From the NCBI GenBank assembly GCA_015062585.1, contig SUUJ01000008.1, forward strand, positions 2,837 through 66,836: DNA of 64,000 nucleotides. Reading direction: 5' to 3'. Numbering within the stretch: position 1 is the stretch's first letter; each line of letters starts with the position of its first letter. The notes under the pieces were generated by a model that ran no database searches, was not told where the DNA came from, and saw nothing but the letters and a program-made list of their open reading frames with translations. Of this stretch, positions 9,612 through 20,122 are shown piece after piece. Made by a program: the position numbers and the translations under genes. The stretch is from Alphaproteobacteria bacterium. GTDB taxonomy: Bacteria > Pseudomonadota > Alphaproteobacteria > RF32 > CAG-239.

Positions 9612-10523
9612 TTATTTTAAGTATGCTCTCGGATTATAGGCCTTTTTACCGGCACGAGTTTCAAAGTGAAGTTGAGGTGTGGAAACACCGCCCGAAGTTC
9701 CGACTTTGGCAATTGTTGCTCCTTTTAGCACTTTCTGACCTTTTTTGACATTCATCGATTCTGTGTGCGCATAGGCTGTTACCCACCCATCGTAGTGTTT
9801 AATCAATATCAAGTTGCCAAAACCTTTTAATTCATTTCCGGCATAAGCGACGATTCCGTCATCGGCTGCCTTAACCGGAGTTCCTTTAGGTGCTTTTATG
9901 TTTATGCCGTCATTATTTCGACCTTTGGCAATAGGGCCATAATTTGAAATAATATTGCCTTTTACCGGCCAAGCAAACTTGTTTTTACGATTCTTTTTAG
10001 CTTTTGCCGAGATGTAATCTTTTTGGTACGAAGTTCGATATATTTTAGTGGTTTTTGCCGGTGTTATTCCCGAAGCATTTTCGCGCTCTATCGGTCGGTA
10101 AGCCGTATTGGTAACAATACTTCCGGGTATCAATAATTTTTGACCTATTTTCAAAGTATAAGGAGCTGACAAATTGTTTGTTCGGCTAAGAGTTGATCTG
10201 TCAACATCATACCTTTTTGAAATGTTGTAAACCGTATCTCCTTTTTCGACGATATGATATTTTGCTTTTGGAAGTTTTACGATTTGTCCTTCTTTTAATA
10301 TATAAGGCGGCTTAAAATTGTTTATTTCGATAACTTCGCGAATAGGAACTTCATGAAATTTGGCAATACTGTATAAAGTATCGCCTTTTTTTATCGTGAT
10401 TACTGTCGGACGCTCTCCGCTGTATGATCTTCCCCACAGGGTACGGCCAAACAACTTAACATCTGTCGAGCAGGCGCTAAGCATAAAAAACAATGCGCAT
10501 ATCAAAAATTTGCAGCAATTCAT
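9612..10523 (-). CDS. NlpD-like lipoprotein, 2x LysM plus M23 (LytM) domain
   Basis: Lipobox LSAC; two LysM repeats (KGDTLYSIA, KGDTVYNIS). M23 domain has NDGINI instead of HxxxD (degenerate, typical of amidase activators) and LHFE. Confidence 0.9.
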   Translation of the reverse strand: MNCCKFLICALFFMLSACSTDVKLFGRTLWGRSYSGERPTVITIKKGDTLYSIAKFHEVPIREVIEINNFKPPYILKEGQIVKLPKAKYHIVEKGDTVYNISKRYDVDRSTLSRTNNLSAPYTLKIGQKLLIPGSIVTNTAYRPIERENASGITPAKTTKIYRTSYQKDYISAKAKKNRKNKFAWPVKGNIISNYGPIAKGRNNDGINIKAPKGTPVKAADDGIVAYAGNELKGFGNLILIKHYDGWVTAYAHTESMNVKKGQKVLKGATIAKVGTSGGVSTPQLHFETRAGKKAYNPRAYLK

Positions 10524-10660
10524 CTTTAGTTGTTTGACCTTTTTATAAAGCTTTACGCTAAAAGATTTAGCACTTAACCCTTAATATTTTCTAAATCTTA
10601 AGTTTTTATGTAAAATAGAGGTTGATTTTAATAAAAAAAAACACTAATTTCTAAAGCGCG

Positions 10661-12112
10661 ATGAATAAAGAAAATGAATTAAATTTAACCGACGCTTCGG
10701 GCGATAAATATAAGTACGGCTTTGTTACCGATATACAAGCCGATACGATTCCTTGTGGCCTAAGTGCTGATATAATTCGTATGATATCAGCCAAAAAAGG
10801 CGAGCCTGAATGGCTGTGTGATTGGCGACTAAAGGCTTTTGAATTTTGGCAAACGATGAAAGAGCCTTCTTGGGCAAAGCTTGATTATGAAAAAATAGAC
10901 TATCAAAGCCTGTCATATTATTCAGCGCCCAAACAAAAAGTTGCACCCAAAAGCTTGGACGAGGTAGATAAAGAGCTTCTGGATACCTATGAAAAGCTTG
11001 GTATTCCGCTAAAGGAACAAGAAGTTTTGGCCGGAGTTGTCGCTGTTGATGCTGTTTTTGACAGCGTATCGGTTGCTACAACCTATCGTGCTAAATTGGC
11101 CGAACAAGGTGTAATCTTTTGTTCGATTTCCGAAGCGGTTAAAGAACATCCCGAATTAGTGAAAAAATATCTTGGCTCGGTGGTTCCTTACACCGACAAT
11201 TTTTACGCTTGTCTAAATTCGGCAGTATTTACCGACGGCTCATTTGTATATATTCCCAAAGGGGTAAAATGCCCGATGGAATTATCAACCTATTTCAGAA
11301 TAAATGCCAAAAACACCGGACAATTTGAGCGCACCCTGATAATTGCCGATGATGACAGCTATGTTTCTTATTTAGAAGGTTGTACCGCACCGCAACGAGA
11401 TGAAAATCAACTTCATGCCGCTATTGTTGAAATTGTGATCTTAAATAATGCCGAAGTCAAATATTCAACCGTTCAAAACTGGTACCCCGGAGATGCCGAG
11501 GGTAAAGGCGGAGTTTATAATTTTGTGACCAAGCGTGCGGCTTGTCGTGGCGAAAATTCAAAAGTTTCATGGACACAGGTTGAAACCGGTTCGGCGGTTA
11601 CTTGGAAATATCCGTCTTGTGTATTGCAGGGCAATAATTCGTCGGGCGAGTTTTACTCGGTGGCAATTACTAACAATAAACAACAGGCTGATACTGGTAC
11701 TAAAATGATTCATATCGGTAAAAATACCACTTCAAAAATCATTTCCAAAGGTATTTCTGCCGGATTCTCAAATCAAACCTATCGCGGTCTGGTAAAAGTT
11801 TCTCCTTCGGCTGACAATGCCCGAAACTATACTCAATGCGATAGCTTGCTTATCGGTACAACTTGTGGTTCGCATACCGTTCCATATATTGAAAACAGAA
11901 ACAAAACAGCTAAACTTGAGCATGAAGCAACCACATCTAAGATATCCGATGAGCAGTTGTTTTATTGTATGAGCCGAGGTATCGGCGAAGAAGAGGCCGT
12001 GAGCTTGATTGTTAACGGATTCTGTAAGGAAGTAATGCAACACTTACCTATGGAATTTGCTATTGAAGCTGCAAAATTGATAAATATAAGTTTGGAAGGA
12101 AGTGTGGGATAA
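10661..12112 (+). CDS. sufB: Fe-S cluster assembly scaffold SufB
   Basis: [32 protein letters not shown] and EHEATTSKI motifs. Confidence 0.97.
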   Translation: MNKENELNLTDASGDKYKYGFVTDIQADTIPCGLSADIIRMISAKKGEPEWLCDWRLKAFEFWQTMKEPSWAKLDYEKIDYQSLSYYSAPKQKVAPKSLDEVDKELLDTYEKLGIPLKEQEVLAGVVAVDAVFDSVSVATTYRAKLAEQGVIFCSISEAVKEHPELVKKYLGSVVPYTDNFYACLNSAVFTDGSFVYIPKGVKCPMELSTYFRINAKNTGQFERTLIIADDDSYVSYLEGCTAPQRDENQLHAAIVEIVILNNAEVKYSTVQNWYPGDAEGKGGVYNFVTKRAACRGENSKVSWTQVETGSAVTWKYPSCVLQGNNSSGEFYSVAITNNKQQADTGTKMIHIGKNTTSKIISKGISAGFSNQTYRGLVKVSPSADNARNYTQCDSLLIGTTCGSHTVPYIENRNKTAKLEHEATTSKISDEQLFYCMSRGIGEEEAVSLIVNGFCKEVMQHLPMEFAIEAAKLINISLEGSVG

Positions 12113-12390
12113 TGACTAACCCTGTATTAAAAAGAGCTTTAGAAACTTGGGGCGAACAAGCTCAAATGTTAATGGTCGTTGAAGAAATGAGCGAGTTGAT
12201 GAAAGAGGTCTTAAAAAACATCAATCGCAAGAAAAATAATATTGATGAGATTATTGAAGAAACGGCAGATGTTGAAATTATGTTGGAGCAATTGAAAGAA
12301 AATTATAAAATTGCCGAAAAAGTAGAAGCCTATAAAAAAGACAAAATAAAAGTTATTGAACAACGTTTAAATGATTGGGATAAAAAATAA
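12112..12390 (+). CDS. MazG-like nucleotide pyrophosphohydrolase domain protein
   Basis: Q..MVVEEMSEL...IIEETADVEIML (EExxE...EExAD) motif; TAATG coupling at both ends. Confidence 0.75.
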   Translation: MTNPVLKRALETWGEQAQMLMVVEEMSELMKEVLKNINRKKNNIDEIIEETADVEIMLEQLKENYKIAEKVEAYKKDKIKVIEQRLNDWDKK

Positions 12391-13151
12391 TGACAACCCC
12401 TTTGCTCGAAATTGAAGATTTATATGCCGGTGTTGACGGAAAAGACATTATCAAAGGCTTTAATTTAACCATAAATGCCGGAGAAATTCACGCTATTATG
12501 GGACCTAACGGTGCCGGAAAGTCAACTTTGTCCAATGTACTATGCGGTAAACCTGGTTATTATGTAACATCAGGTAAAGTAAGGTTTAAGGGAAAAGATT
12601 TATTAGCCTTGTCCCCCGAAGAAAGAGCTTGTGACGGTTTGTTTTTATCCATGCAATATCCGGTTGAGATTCCCGGTGTTCCGGTAACCTCATTTTTGAA
12701 ACATGCCGTAAATGCAATCCGCTCGTACAAAGGCGAAAGCGAGCTTGATACCATGGAATTTATCAAAATGGTAAAAAGCGAAGGCAAAAAATTGGGACTT
12801 GATTCCGAGATGATAAAGCGTGCCGTAAATGTCGGCTTTTCCGGTGGTGAAAAAAAGCGTTTGGAAACTTTACAAATGTCGGTACTAAAACCTGTATTGG
12901 CGATTCTTGACGAGGCTGATTCCGGCTTGGATATTGATGCTTTGCGTGTGGTTGCTGAGGGTGTAAACGCTCTTCACAATGAAGAAAATGCACTTTTGGT
13001 AATTACTCACTATCAAAGATTGCTTAACTACATTGTTCCCGATTTTGTTCATGTTTATGCCGACGGCAAAATTGTCAAAACCGGAGATAAGACATTGGCT
13101 CTCGAATTAGAAGAAAAAGGCTACGCCGGATTTGTGAAAGAAAAAGAATGA
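12390..13151 (+). CDS. sufC: Fe-S assembly ATPase SufC
   Basis: GPNGAGKST, FSGGEKKR, LDEADSGLDID and ITHYQRLL motifs. Confidence 0.97.
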   Translation: MTTPLLEIEDLYAGVDGKDIIKGFNLTINAGEIHAIMGPNGAGKSTLSNVLCGKPGYYVTSGKVRFKGKDLLALSPEERACDGLFLSMQYPVEIPGVPVTSFLKHAVNAIRSYKGESELDTMEFIKMVKSEGKKLGLDSEMIKRAVNVGFSGGEKKRLETLQMSVLKPVLAILDEADSGLDIDALRVVAEGVNALHNEENALLVITHYQRLLNYIVPDFVHVYADGKIVKTGDKTLALELEEKGYAGFVKEKE

Positions 13152-14410
13152 ACAACTTGTTGCAAGATATAAAATTGATTGGCGATGAAATACCTTGGCT
13201 CAAAGACCTAAGAGCCAAAGGTCGCGACGCTTTTATTTCTCAAGGTGTTCCCACAGCCAAAACAGAAGCATGGAAATATACCAAACCAAATCGATTTTTA
13301 GCTAACTCGTTTTCTTACACGCCGTCAAATTTGATAGGTATTTCACCAAACAAGACTTTGCCGTTTGACTGTTATCAAATCAATTTTACTAATGGTGTTT
13401 TTAATCCTTTTAAATCAAATTTGCCTCAAGGTATAGAAGTGACGCCTATTATCGAAGCAATAATGTTTAAGCCCAAAGTTCGTGAAAAAATATCATTGAT
13501 TGCCGACATAAATAATAACCCGTTTGTAGCTCTAAACACTTCATATTTAAATGAAGGCGTATACATTCACATCAGTTCAAATGTTGATATTAAAAAGCCC
13601 TTAGCCATAGTCTATGATACGATTTGTACAGACAGAAATGATTTGTTCAATTTGCGCAATTTGATAGAGTTGGAAAAAAATTCTTCTTTGAAAATTATTG
13701 AAACATTCGGCTATGAAGGAAAAGTTAAATCAACCTATTTTATGAATGTGGTAAACGAGATTTATGTTGATGAGAATGCTTCGCTTAAACACTACAAACT
13801 CCAAGACGAAGCTTTTAAGGCCGGCCATATTGCATACAACGCCGTAAAAGTATCCGGCGGTGGTTCATACAAAAGTTTTTGCTTGCAAAAAGGTGCCGAT
13901 ATGGCTCGAAACGAGACTTGCGTTTTGCTATCCGAAGAAGGTGCTTCGGCTTGTGTCGATGCCGCTTATATTATGAACGGTTGGGCAACTATTGATACCA
14001 CAACTGATATCAAACACCTAAAGCCTCATACAACTTCATCGCAATTGGTTAAAGGTGTTGTCGGCGGTCAGGCCAAAGGTGTATTTCAAGGCAAAATCCA
14101 CATAGCACCAAATGCTATTAAGACCGAAGGTTACCAACTTCATAAGGCTATGCTGTTAACTGATGAAGCAGAAATAGATGTCAAACCCGAATTAGAAATT
14201 TTTGCTGATGATGTCAAATGTTCGCATGGTTCGGCTTGTGGCGAATTGGATAAAGAACAGCTTTTTTATATGCAATCACGCGGAATTAGTGAAGACAAGG
14301 CTAAACAATTGTTGATAGAGGCCTATCTTAACGATGTTATTGCTAAAGTAGATGATGAAAAAATCATTGAATGGATTAAATTATCATTAGATAGCACTAA
14401 AAGTGAATGA
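13148..14410 (+). CDS. sufD: Fe-S assembly protein SufD
   Basis: EAWKYT, GVFQGKI, KPELEIFADDVKCSHG and FYMQSRGI motifs. Confidence 0.95.
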   Translation: MNNLLQDIKLIGDEIPWLKDLRAKGRDAFISQGVPTAKTEAWKYTKPNRFLANSFSYTPSNLIGISPNKTLPFDCYQINFTNGVFNPFKSNLPQGIEVTPIIEAIMFKPKVREKISLIADINNNPFVALNTSYLNEGVYIHISSNVDIKKPLAIVYDTICTDRNDLFNLRNLIELEKNSSLKIIETFGYEGKVKSTYFMNVVNEIYVDENASLKHYKLQDEAFKAGHIAYNAVKVSGGGSYKSFCLQKGADMARNETCVLLSEEGASACVDAAYIMNGWATIDTTTDIKHLKPHTTSSQLVKGVVGGQAKGVFQGKIHIAPNAIKTEGYQLHKAMLLTDEAEIDVKPELEIFADDVKCSHGSACGELDKEQLFYMQSRGISEDKAKQLLIEAYLNDVIAKVDDEKIIEWIKLSLDSTKSE

Positions 14411-14431
14411 TTGACAAACAAGGGCAAAACG

Positions 14432-15649
14432 ATGGTGTATAATGTAGAAAAAATAAGAAAAGATTTTCCTATATTTGACATTAAGGTAAATAACAAGCCT
14501 AATACTTTTCTTGATTCCGGCGCTTCGGCTCAAAAACCCAAATGCGTAATTGACGCAATGGTTGATATTTACACCAAAGAATATGCCAATGTTCATCGCG
14601 GTTCTTATCTTTTGTCCGAAGAAATAACTTATAAATATGAGCAAGCTCGTAAAACGGTGCAAAAGTTTATAAATTCGGTCAAATCCGATGAGATTATTTT
14701 TACTCGCAATGCTACCGAGGCAATCAATTTGGTAGCATCAACCTGGGGTAAAAAGTTTTTAAGCAAAATTGACGAAGTTATTATTACCGAGCTTGAACAT
14801 CACGCCAATTTGGTACCATGGCAGGTTTTGCGCGATGAAATAGGTTTTGAATTAAAAATTTGCAAAATAAACGATGACGGCTCATTTAATTTTGACGAAT
14901 TTAAAAATATGCTTTCAGGCAAAACTAAACTTGTTGCCGTAAGCGGAATGTCCAATGTTTTGGGAACAATATTACCGCTAAAAAAGATAATATCGGTTTC
15001 ACATAAAGTCGGTGCCAAAGTTTTAGTCGATGCTTGCCAATTGGCTGTTCATCAAAAAATAGATGTTCAAGATATGGATTGTGACTTTTTGGCTTTTTCC
15101 GGTCACAAAACTTACGGACCGACCGGAATAGGTGTGCTGTATGGTAAATATGATATTTTAGATACCATGCCTCCTTATCAATATGGAGGCGATATGGTAA
15201 ATATCGTAACCTATCAAACCACGACTTTTGATGCTCCGCCGGCTCGATTTGAGGCCGGAACACCGGCTATTGTTCAAGCCATAGGTTTAGGCAAGGCACT
15301 TGAATATATGATGAATTTGGGGCTGGAAAATATTGCCAAACACGAAAAAGAATTAACTCGTTATGCAACGGAAAAACTATCTCAAATCAAAGGCCTTAAA
15401 ATGATTGGCACAGCCAAAGACAAAGGCGGAGTTTTTTCATTTGTTGTAGATAAAATTCATCCGCAAGATTTGGCTTTTATCCTAAATAAAGAGGGTGTTT
15501 CGGTAAGAGTAGGTCATCATTGCGCCGCACCTCTTGTACGCCGCATGGGATATGAATCTGTTGTCAGAGCAAGTCTTGGTTTGTATAATACCAAAGAAGA
15601 TATAGATATTTTGTGCCAAGCGATTAACAAGGCAAAAACATTTTTCTAA
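14432..15649 (+). CDS. sufS: cysteine desulfurase SufS
   Basis: LDSGASAQKP, ANVHRG, FSGHKTYGPTGIG and RVGHHCA motifs; ATG 14432 preferred as start. Confidence 0.95.
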   Translation: MVYNVEKIRKDFPIFDIKVNNKPNTFLDSGASAQKPKCVIDAMVDIYTKEYANVHRGSYLLSEEITYKYEQARKTVQKFINSVKSDEIIFTRNATEAINLVASTWGKKFLSKIDEVIITELEHHANLVPWQVLRDEIGFELKICKINDDGSFNFDEFKNMLSGKTKLVAVSGMSNVLGTILPLKKIISVSHKVGAKVLVDACQLAVHQKIDVQDMDCDFLAFSGHKTYGPTGIGVLYGKYDILDTMPPYQYGGDMVNIVTYQTTTFDAPPARFEAGTPAIVQAIGLGKALEYMMNLGLENIAKHEKELTRYATEKLSQIKGLKMIGTAKDKGGVFSFVVDKIHPQDLAFILNKEGVSVRVGHHCAAPLVRRMGYESVVRASLGLYNTKEDIDILCQAINKAKTFF

Positions 15650-15663
15650 GGACTTTAATAAAA

Positions 15664-16053
15664 ATGGAAGAAATTACAGACATCAATCCTGATGATTATA
15701 AAAAAGACTATATTGCCAAAGCAGGCGCGCCAATAAAAGATGGCATTAAACAAAGTACGCGCGAAGCAATTATTGACGCCTTAAAAACCGTATCAGATCC
15801 CGAAATTATGATAAATATATGGGATATGGGTTTGGTTTATAAAATCGAGCAAAAAGAAAATGCCGATGTCTATATCGAGATGACTGTAACTTCGCCAATG
15901 TGTCCGGTTGCCGGCGTTTTACCGCAACAAGCCGCTGAAGCTGTTGCTTCTTTAGAAGGTGTGGGTGAGGTTGAAGTAAGAATAGTTTGGGAGCCGGCTT
16001 GGAGCTTGGCTAACCTGAGTGACGAAGCCAAAGAAATGTTTGAGATGTTTTGA
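15664..16053 (+). CDS. DUF59 / SufT-like Fe-S maturation protein
   Basis: DPEI..NIWDMGLVY, MTVTSPMCP and WEPAW motifs. Confidence 0.9.
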   Translation: MEEITDINPDDYKKDYIAKAGAPIKDGIKQSTREAIIDALKTVSDPEIMINIWDMGLVYKIEQKENADVYIEMTVTSPMCPVAGVLPQQAAEAVASLEGVGEVEVRIVWEPAWSLANLSDEAKEMFEMF

Positions 16054-16056
16054 TTG

Positions 16057-16728
16057 TCAGGCCAGTTCACAAAAATTAAATATTGCTTTTTCAGTTTCGC
16101 AATATATTTTTTCAAAATCTTCGTCTGATTCTGCTTTCCAAGTTTCTAAAGTGATGACGGGAATTTGTTTTTCGATTCCGGCCCAAGTTCCGAAGGATCC
16201 GTTTGTCGGATAACCGATATTATCTACCAATTTATAACCGCAGTCTAAAGACATTTTTTCAGCCAATTGTCTTGCGGGCCCGTCATAATCAACCAAATGA
16301 AGGTCAGAATGTATTGAAAGTATGCGAACAGGGCTGATTTTTTCTACCCAAGTCATCATATTTCTTGTTTCTTGTTCTGACGCAGGTGTTCCGGATGACA
16401 GTTTTTTAGTATGCGGATTGACACTATCAGGTAAAAAGTTTTTTGTCGGATAGTTTCGATTTAAGTCAACCTCATTAGAGTTTCCTCGGGTAAACAATTT
16501 TTTACCGCTGGGATTAAGACAAGGAACAATATATATATTATATGATGAAGTAAACTTATCTGTTTTTAATTTTTCTATCAATTTTTCTAAGATGTACTCA
16601 CCCTCAGGCTCATCACCGTGAAATCGTCCGATGAGAAGAATATTGGGATTATTTATGTCTGTTTGAAATTTCCACAAATTGATACAATTTGCAAAATTAT
16701 CATAAGCAACTTCATCAATGGCTATCAT
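16057..16728 (-). CDS. M14 zinc peptidase, murein tripeptide amidase MpaA-like
   Basis: HGDE, NPSG, VDLNRNYP, SIH, GYPTNGSFGTW and TLE motifs. Confidence 0.85.
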   Translation of the reverse strand: MIAIDEVAYDNFANCINLWKFQTDINNPNILLIGRFHGDEPEGEYILEKLIEKLKTDKFTSSYNIYIVPCLNPSGKKLFTRGNSNEVDLNRNYPTKNFLPDSVNPHTKKLSSGTPASEQETRNMMTWVEKISPVRILSIHSDLHLVDYDGPARQLAEKMSLDCGYKLVDNIGYPTNGSFGTWAGIEKQIPVITLETWKAESDEDFEKIYCETEKAIFNFCELA

Positions 16729-17453
16729 AATGTGTTATTTCCCCGAGACTGAGATTTAAAAAGCTTTTCTTTAGCTTCAATTCTTTTCAATACTTTCGAA
16801 AAATTGCTTATACCGATAGTAACCGGGCTGACACAAAATTCAGCATGCCTGTCATTGTTTTCCGTAATATGGTCAAAATCGGTAGTTTTGGCAATTTGCT
16901 CGGCGCAAAGAACATCTTCGTGAAATCTCTTTCCGTTGGTATTATTGTCATTATATTCTACAATAAATTGTTCAAAACCTTGTTCTTGCAAAGTAGGGAT
17001 AACACTTTTCATAAAAAACGAGCCCCAGCCTTTTTTTTGCGCTTCCGGTGCTAAATAAATTTGATTTAATATCAAAGTGTTTTCGCTGTACTTAGGATCT
17101 TTCAGGTAACGGATTTTTCTTTGTCTGGAAATAGTCCAACCATCCAAAAAACCATGTTCGTCTTCAACGGCTTCAAGATTTTTAATATTTCTGTAATCTT
17201 TTGGAATTTCATTAAGACGCATAACACCGCAAACATTTTCACCGTTGTACAAAACAAAGATAAAAGGTTCTTGCCCTTGTTTTTGTTTTTCAGCCCAATT
17301 TTTAAGCTTTTTGATAAAAGAGCCTTTGGTATAAAGCTGCATTTCCGCACTGCTCTTATATTGTCTTGAAAGCTCGTTATACGAGCGCATGTATATGTCA
17401 GCCAACGGCAAAATTTCTTTGACACTTCCTGAAAATTTTTTTACCTGCAACAT
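16725..17453 (-). CDS. GNAT family acetyltransferase
   Basis: LNQIYLAPEAQKKGWGS (motif A) and N..G.RF. Confidence 0.75.
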   Translation of the reverse strand: MLQVKKFSGSVKEILPLADIYMRSYNELSRQYKSSAEMQLYTKGSFIKKLKNWAEKQKQGQEPFIFVLYNGENVCGVMRLNEIPKDYRNIKNLEAVEDEHGFLDGWTISRQRKIRYLKDPKYSENTLILNQIYLAPEAQKKGWGSFFMKSVIPTLQEQGFEQFIVEYNDNNTNGKRFHEDVLCAEQIAKTTDFDHITENNDRHAEFCVSPVTIGISNFSKVLKRIEAKEKLFKSQSRGNNTL

Positions 17454-17631
17454 TTTGCTAAATCCTCAATCAAAAAATATTGTAAAACATATACTATGCG
17501 GTGTTTTTTTTGTCAAGTATTTGACTAAAAATAAACATTGTTTAAATGTTATGTATATAGCCTTTTTTCTTGCGCTGATTTTTTTTAGATGCTAAATATA
17601 TTACATACGAAAAAAAATTATAGAGATAAAA

Positions 17632-18033
17632 ATGACAATAGAAGAACTGATTGAAAATTTTGAGTTTTTGGATTCTTGGGAAGACAAATATAAATATATT
17701 ATTGAACTTGGCGAAAAGCTTGAAGTCCTGCCCGAACACCTTCATACACAAGAGTGGCAGGTAAAAGGATGCCAGTCACAAGTTTGGTTGGTTCCGCACA
17801 AGCAAAACGACGGAACAATACACTTTATCGGCGATAGTGACGCCATGATTGTTAAGGGTTTAATAGCTATCGTTTTGATGATATATAATAATTTAACCTC
17901 AGATGAGATAAAAAAACTTGCAATTAACGATATTTTTGCTTCAATAGGATTACAAGAGCATTTAAGCCCTTCGCGTCGAAACGGTTTAGAAGCTATGGTC
18001 GAAAAAATTAAGCATTATGCGGATGTTTTATAA
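17632..18033 (+). CDS. sufE: cysteine desulfuration protein SufE
   Basis: WEDKYKYIIELG, VKGCQSQVW, DSDAMIVKG and LSPSRRNG motifs. Confidence 0.95.
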   Translation: MTIEELIENFEFLDSWEDKYKYIIELGEKLEVLPEHLHTQEWQVKGCQSQVWLVPHKQNDGTIHFIGDSDAMIVKGLIAIVLMIYNNLTSDEIKKLAINDIFASIGLQEHLSPSRRNGLEAMVEKIKHYADVL

Positions 18034-18049
18034 CTAAAGGTTTTTCTTC

Positions 18050-19252
18050 ATGAACATACACGAGTATCAAGCAAAAAAAATATTGAGTGAATATGGTATC
18101 AAAATACCTGACGGTATGATTGCTTATACTCCCAAAGAAGTAGGACTGGCCGCTGAAAAAATTTCCAAAAGAGGACCTTGGGTACTGAAAGCGCAAATAC
18201 ATTCAGGCGCTCGTGATAAAGGATATTTTATTGAAAAATATTCGGGAAAAGATGGCGGAGTTCGGTTTATTAAATCAAAACGCCACCTATATGAAAATGC
18301 TGAGCAAATGCTCGGTTCTACACTGGTTACGGTTCAAACAGGACCTCAAGGCAAAAAAGTCAGTCGCGTTTATGTCGAGAAATTTATCAGAACTGAAAAA
18401 TGTTTTTATATGGCCATTGCAATAAGCACCATGACAGCCGATTTAACTCTGATAGTTGCGCCTCTGCATTATCGTGATATTATAAAAGTAGCATTAAATC
18501 ATCCGGAAAAAATCTTAAAAATAAAACTTGATATGAATGCCAAAGTTAAACCGCAACAAATACAAGAGGTTATGGAATTTTTAAAACTTCCGTCTCGTTC
18601 AGCCAAGCATTTGGAAGATTTGATTAACGGAACGCATCAGGCATTTTTGAAAACAGATGCTTCAATGATTGAAATAAATCCTGTGGGTTTGCTGAAAAAC
18701 GGTCAATTGATTGCTCTTGATTCAAAAATTTCAATCGATGATTATGCCTTAAATCGTCAGCCGGAGCTCTTAAAATTTAATGATGAGAGCGAAGCTTCGG
18801 AGCGCGAACTTCAGGCTTCTAAATACAAGTTTAAATATAGTGAATTTGACGGTTCGGTAGGCTGTATCGTTAACGGCGACGGTATCGCTTTGGCTGCAAT
18901 GGATATGTTGCGCAATCGTTCGCAAGGAACAGCTTGTTTTATCAATGTAAAAGGTGGTGTTGATAAAGATAAAATAGCTTCCGGTATAAAAATAATTATG
19001 ACTAACCCTAAAGTTGAAGGTATATTATTAAATATTTTGGGAGGTTTTGTCAGATGTAACCTTATTGCCGACGGTATCGTTTCGGCAGCTTCAGAGGTCG
19101 GATTAAATGTACCGATGGTCGTTCGTTTTGAAGGTACCAACAAAGATATGGCAAAAGAGATTTTGGAAAATTCTAGACTTCCGGTAATTTGGGCCGATAC
19201 AATGGAAGAATCTGTTGAAAAATTGGTTCAAGCAATGGAGGAGGCTGCATAG
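18050..19252 (+). CDS. sucC: succinyl-CoA synthetase beta subunit-like protein (divergent)
   Basis: MNIHEYQAK, EINP, GGFVRC and VVRFEGTN retained; GGRGK changed to GARDK, NGAG to NGDG, NFLDVGGG to CFINVKGG. Confidence 0.85.
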   Translation: MNIHEYQAKKILSEYGIKIPDGMIAYTPKEVGLAAEKISKRGPWVLKAQIHSGARDKGYFIEKYSGKDGGVRFIKSKRHLYENAEQMLGSTLVTVQTGPQGKKVSRVYVEKFIRTEKCFYMAIAISTMTADLTLIVAPLHYRDIIKVALNHPEKILKIKLDMNAKVKPQQIQEVMEFLKLPSRSAKHLEDLINGTHQAFLKTDASMIEINPVGLLKNGQLIALDSKISIDDYALNRQPELLKFNDESEASERELQASKYKFKYSEFDGSVGCIVNGDGIALAAMDMLRNRSQGTACFINVKGGVDKDKIASGIKIIMTNPKVEGILLNILGGFVRCNLIADGIVSAASEVGLNVPMVVRFEGTNKDMAKEILENSRLPVIWADTMEESVEKLVQAMEEAA

Positions 19253-20122
19253 ATGTCTATTTTTGTAAATAAAAACACCAAAGTTATTTGCCAAGGTATA
19301 ACAGGTACACAGGCTTCGTTCCATGTTCAACGCTCACTGGACTATGGTACAAAAATTGTCGGAGGTATCACCCCCGGAAAGGGTGGAAGTATGCACCTTA
19401 ATTTACCGGTTTTTGATACCGTAGCCGAAGCAGTTAAAGAAACACAAGCTACGGCCAGCGTTATGTATGTTCCGCCACAGGCTGTTAAAAAAGCTGTTCA
19501 AGAAGCGGTGGAAAATGAACTTGATTTGGTTGTAACCATTACCGATAGAGTTCCCTTAAAAGATATGCTTGAAATAAAGGCAATGCTAAAGGGAGCGAAA
19601 ACTAAGCTTATCGGTCCTAATACTCCGGGAATTATCACGCCGGAAGAGGCTCGCTTGGGGATTTTTCCTGAGAATATTCACAAAAAAGGCGATATCGGTG
19701 TTGTGTCACGTTCATCAACCTTAACCTATGAAGCGGTATTAGAAATAAATAGAGCCGGTATGGGACAAACTTCGGTAGTCGGCCTTGGCGATGATGTCTT
19801 AATCGGTATAGATTTTGTTGATGTGCTGACAGCCTTTCATGCTGACAAAAAGACCAAAGCAATAGTTATGGTCGGACAGCTTAATGGTGGTTTTGAAGAA
19901 GCCGCTGCCGAATGGTATAAAAGTATTCCCAATAAAAAGCCTGTTATTGCTTTTGTCGCCGGAAATGCTGTTCCTTTCGGACATAAAATGGGATACGCCG
20001 GAGATATTCTTACTAAAGGTAATATATCTGTTTTGGATAAAAAAGATATACTTGCCGCTGCCGGCATTACGGTTGTAAATAATGTAAACGATATCCATAC
20101 TGAACTGGCCAAGCTTAAATGA
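19253..20122 (+). CDS. sucD: succinyl-CoA synthetase alpha subunit-like protein lacking the catalytic His
   Basis: KVICQGITG, YGTKIVGG.TPGKGG, GPNTPG and SRSSTLTYEA present; MGHAGA changed to MGYAGD. Confidence 0.85.
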   Translation: MSIFVNKNTKVICQGITGTQASFHVQRSLDYGTKIVGGITPGKGGSMHLNLPVFDTVAEAVKETQATASVMYVPPQAVKKAVQEAVENELDLVVTITDRVPLKDMLEIKAMLKGAKTKLIGPNTPGIITPEEARLGIFPENIHKKGDIGVVSRSSTLTYEAVLEINRAGMGQTSVVGLGDDVLIGIDFVDVLTAFHADKKTKAIVMVGQLNGGFEEAAAEWYKSIPNKKPVIAFVAGNAVPFGHKMGYAGDILTKGNISVLDKKDILAAAGITVVNNVNDIHTELAKLK

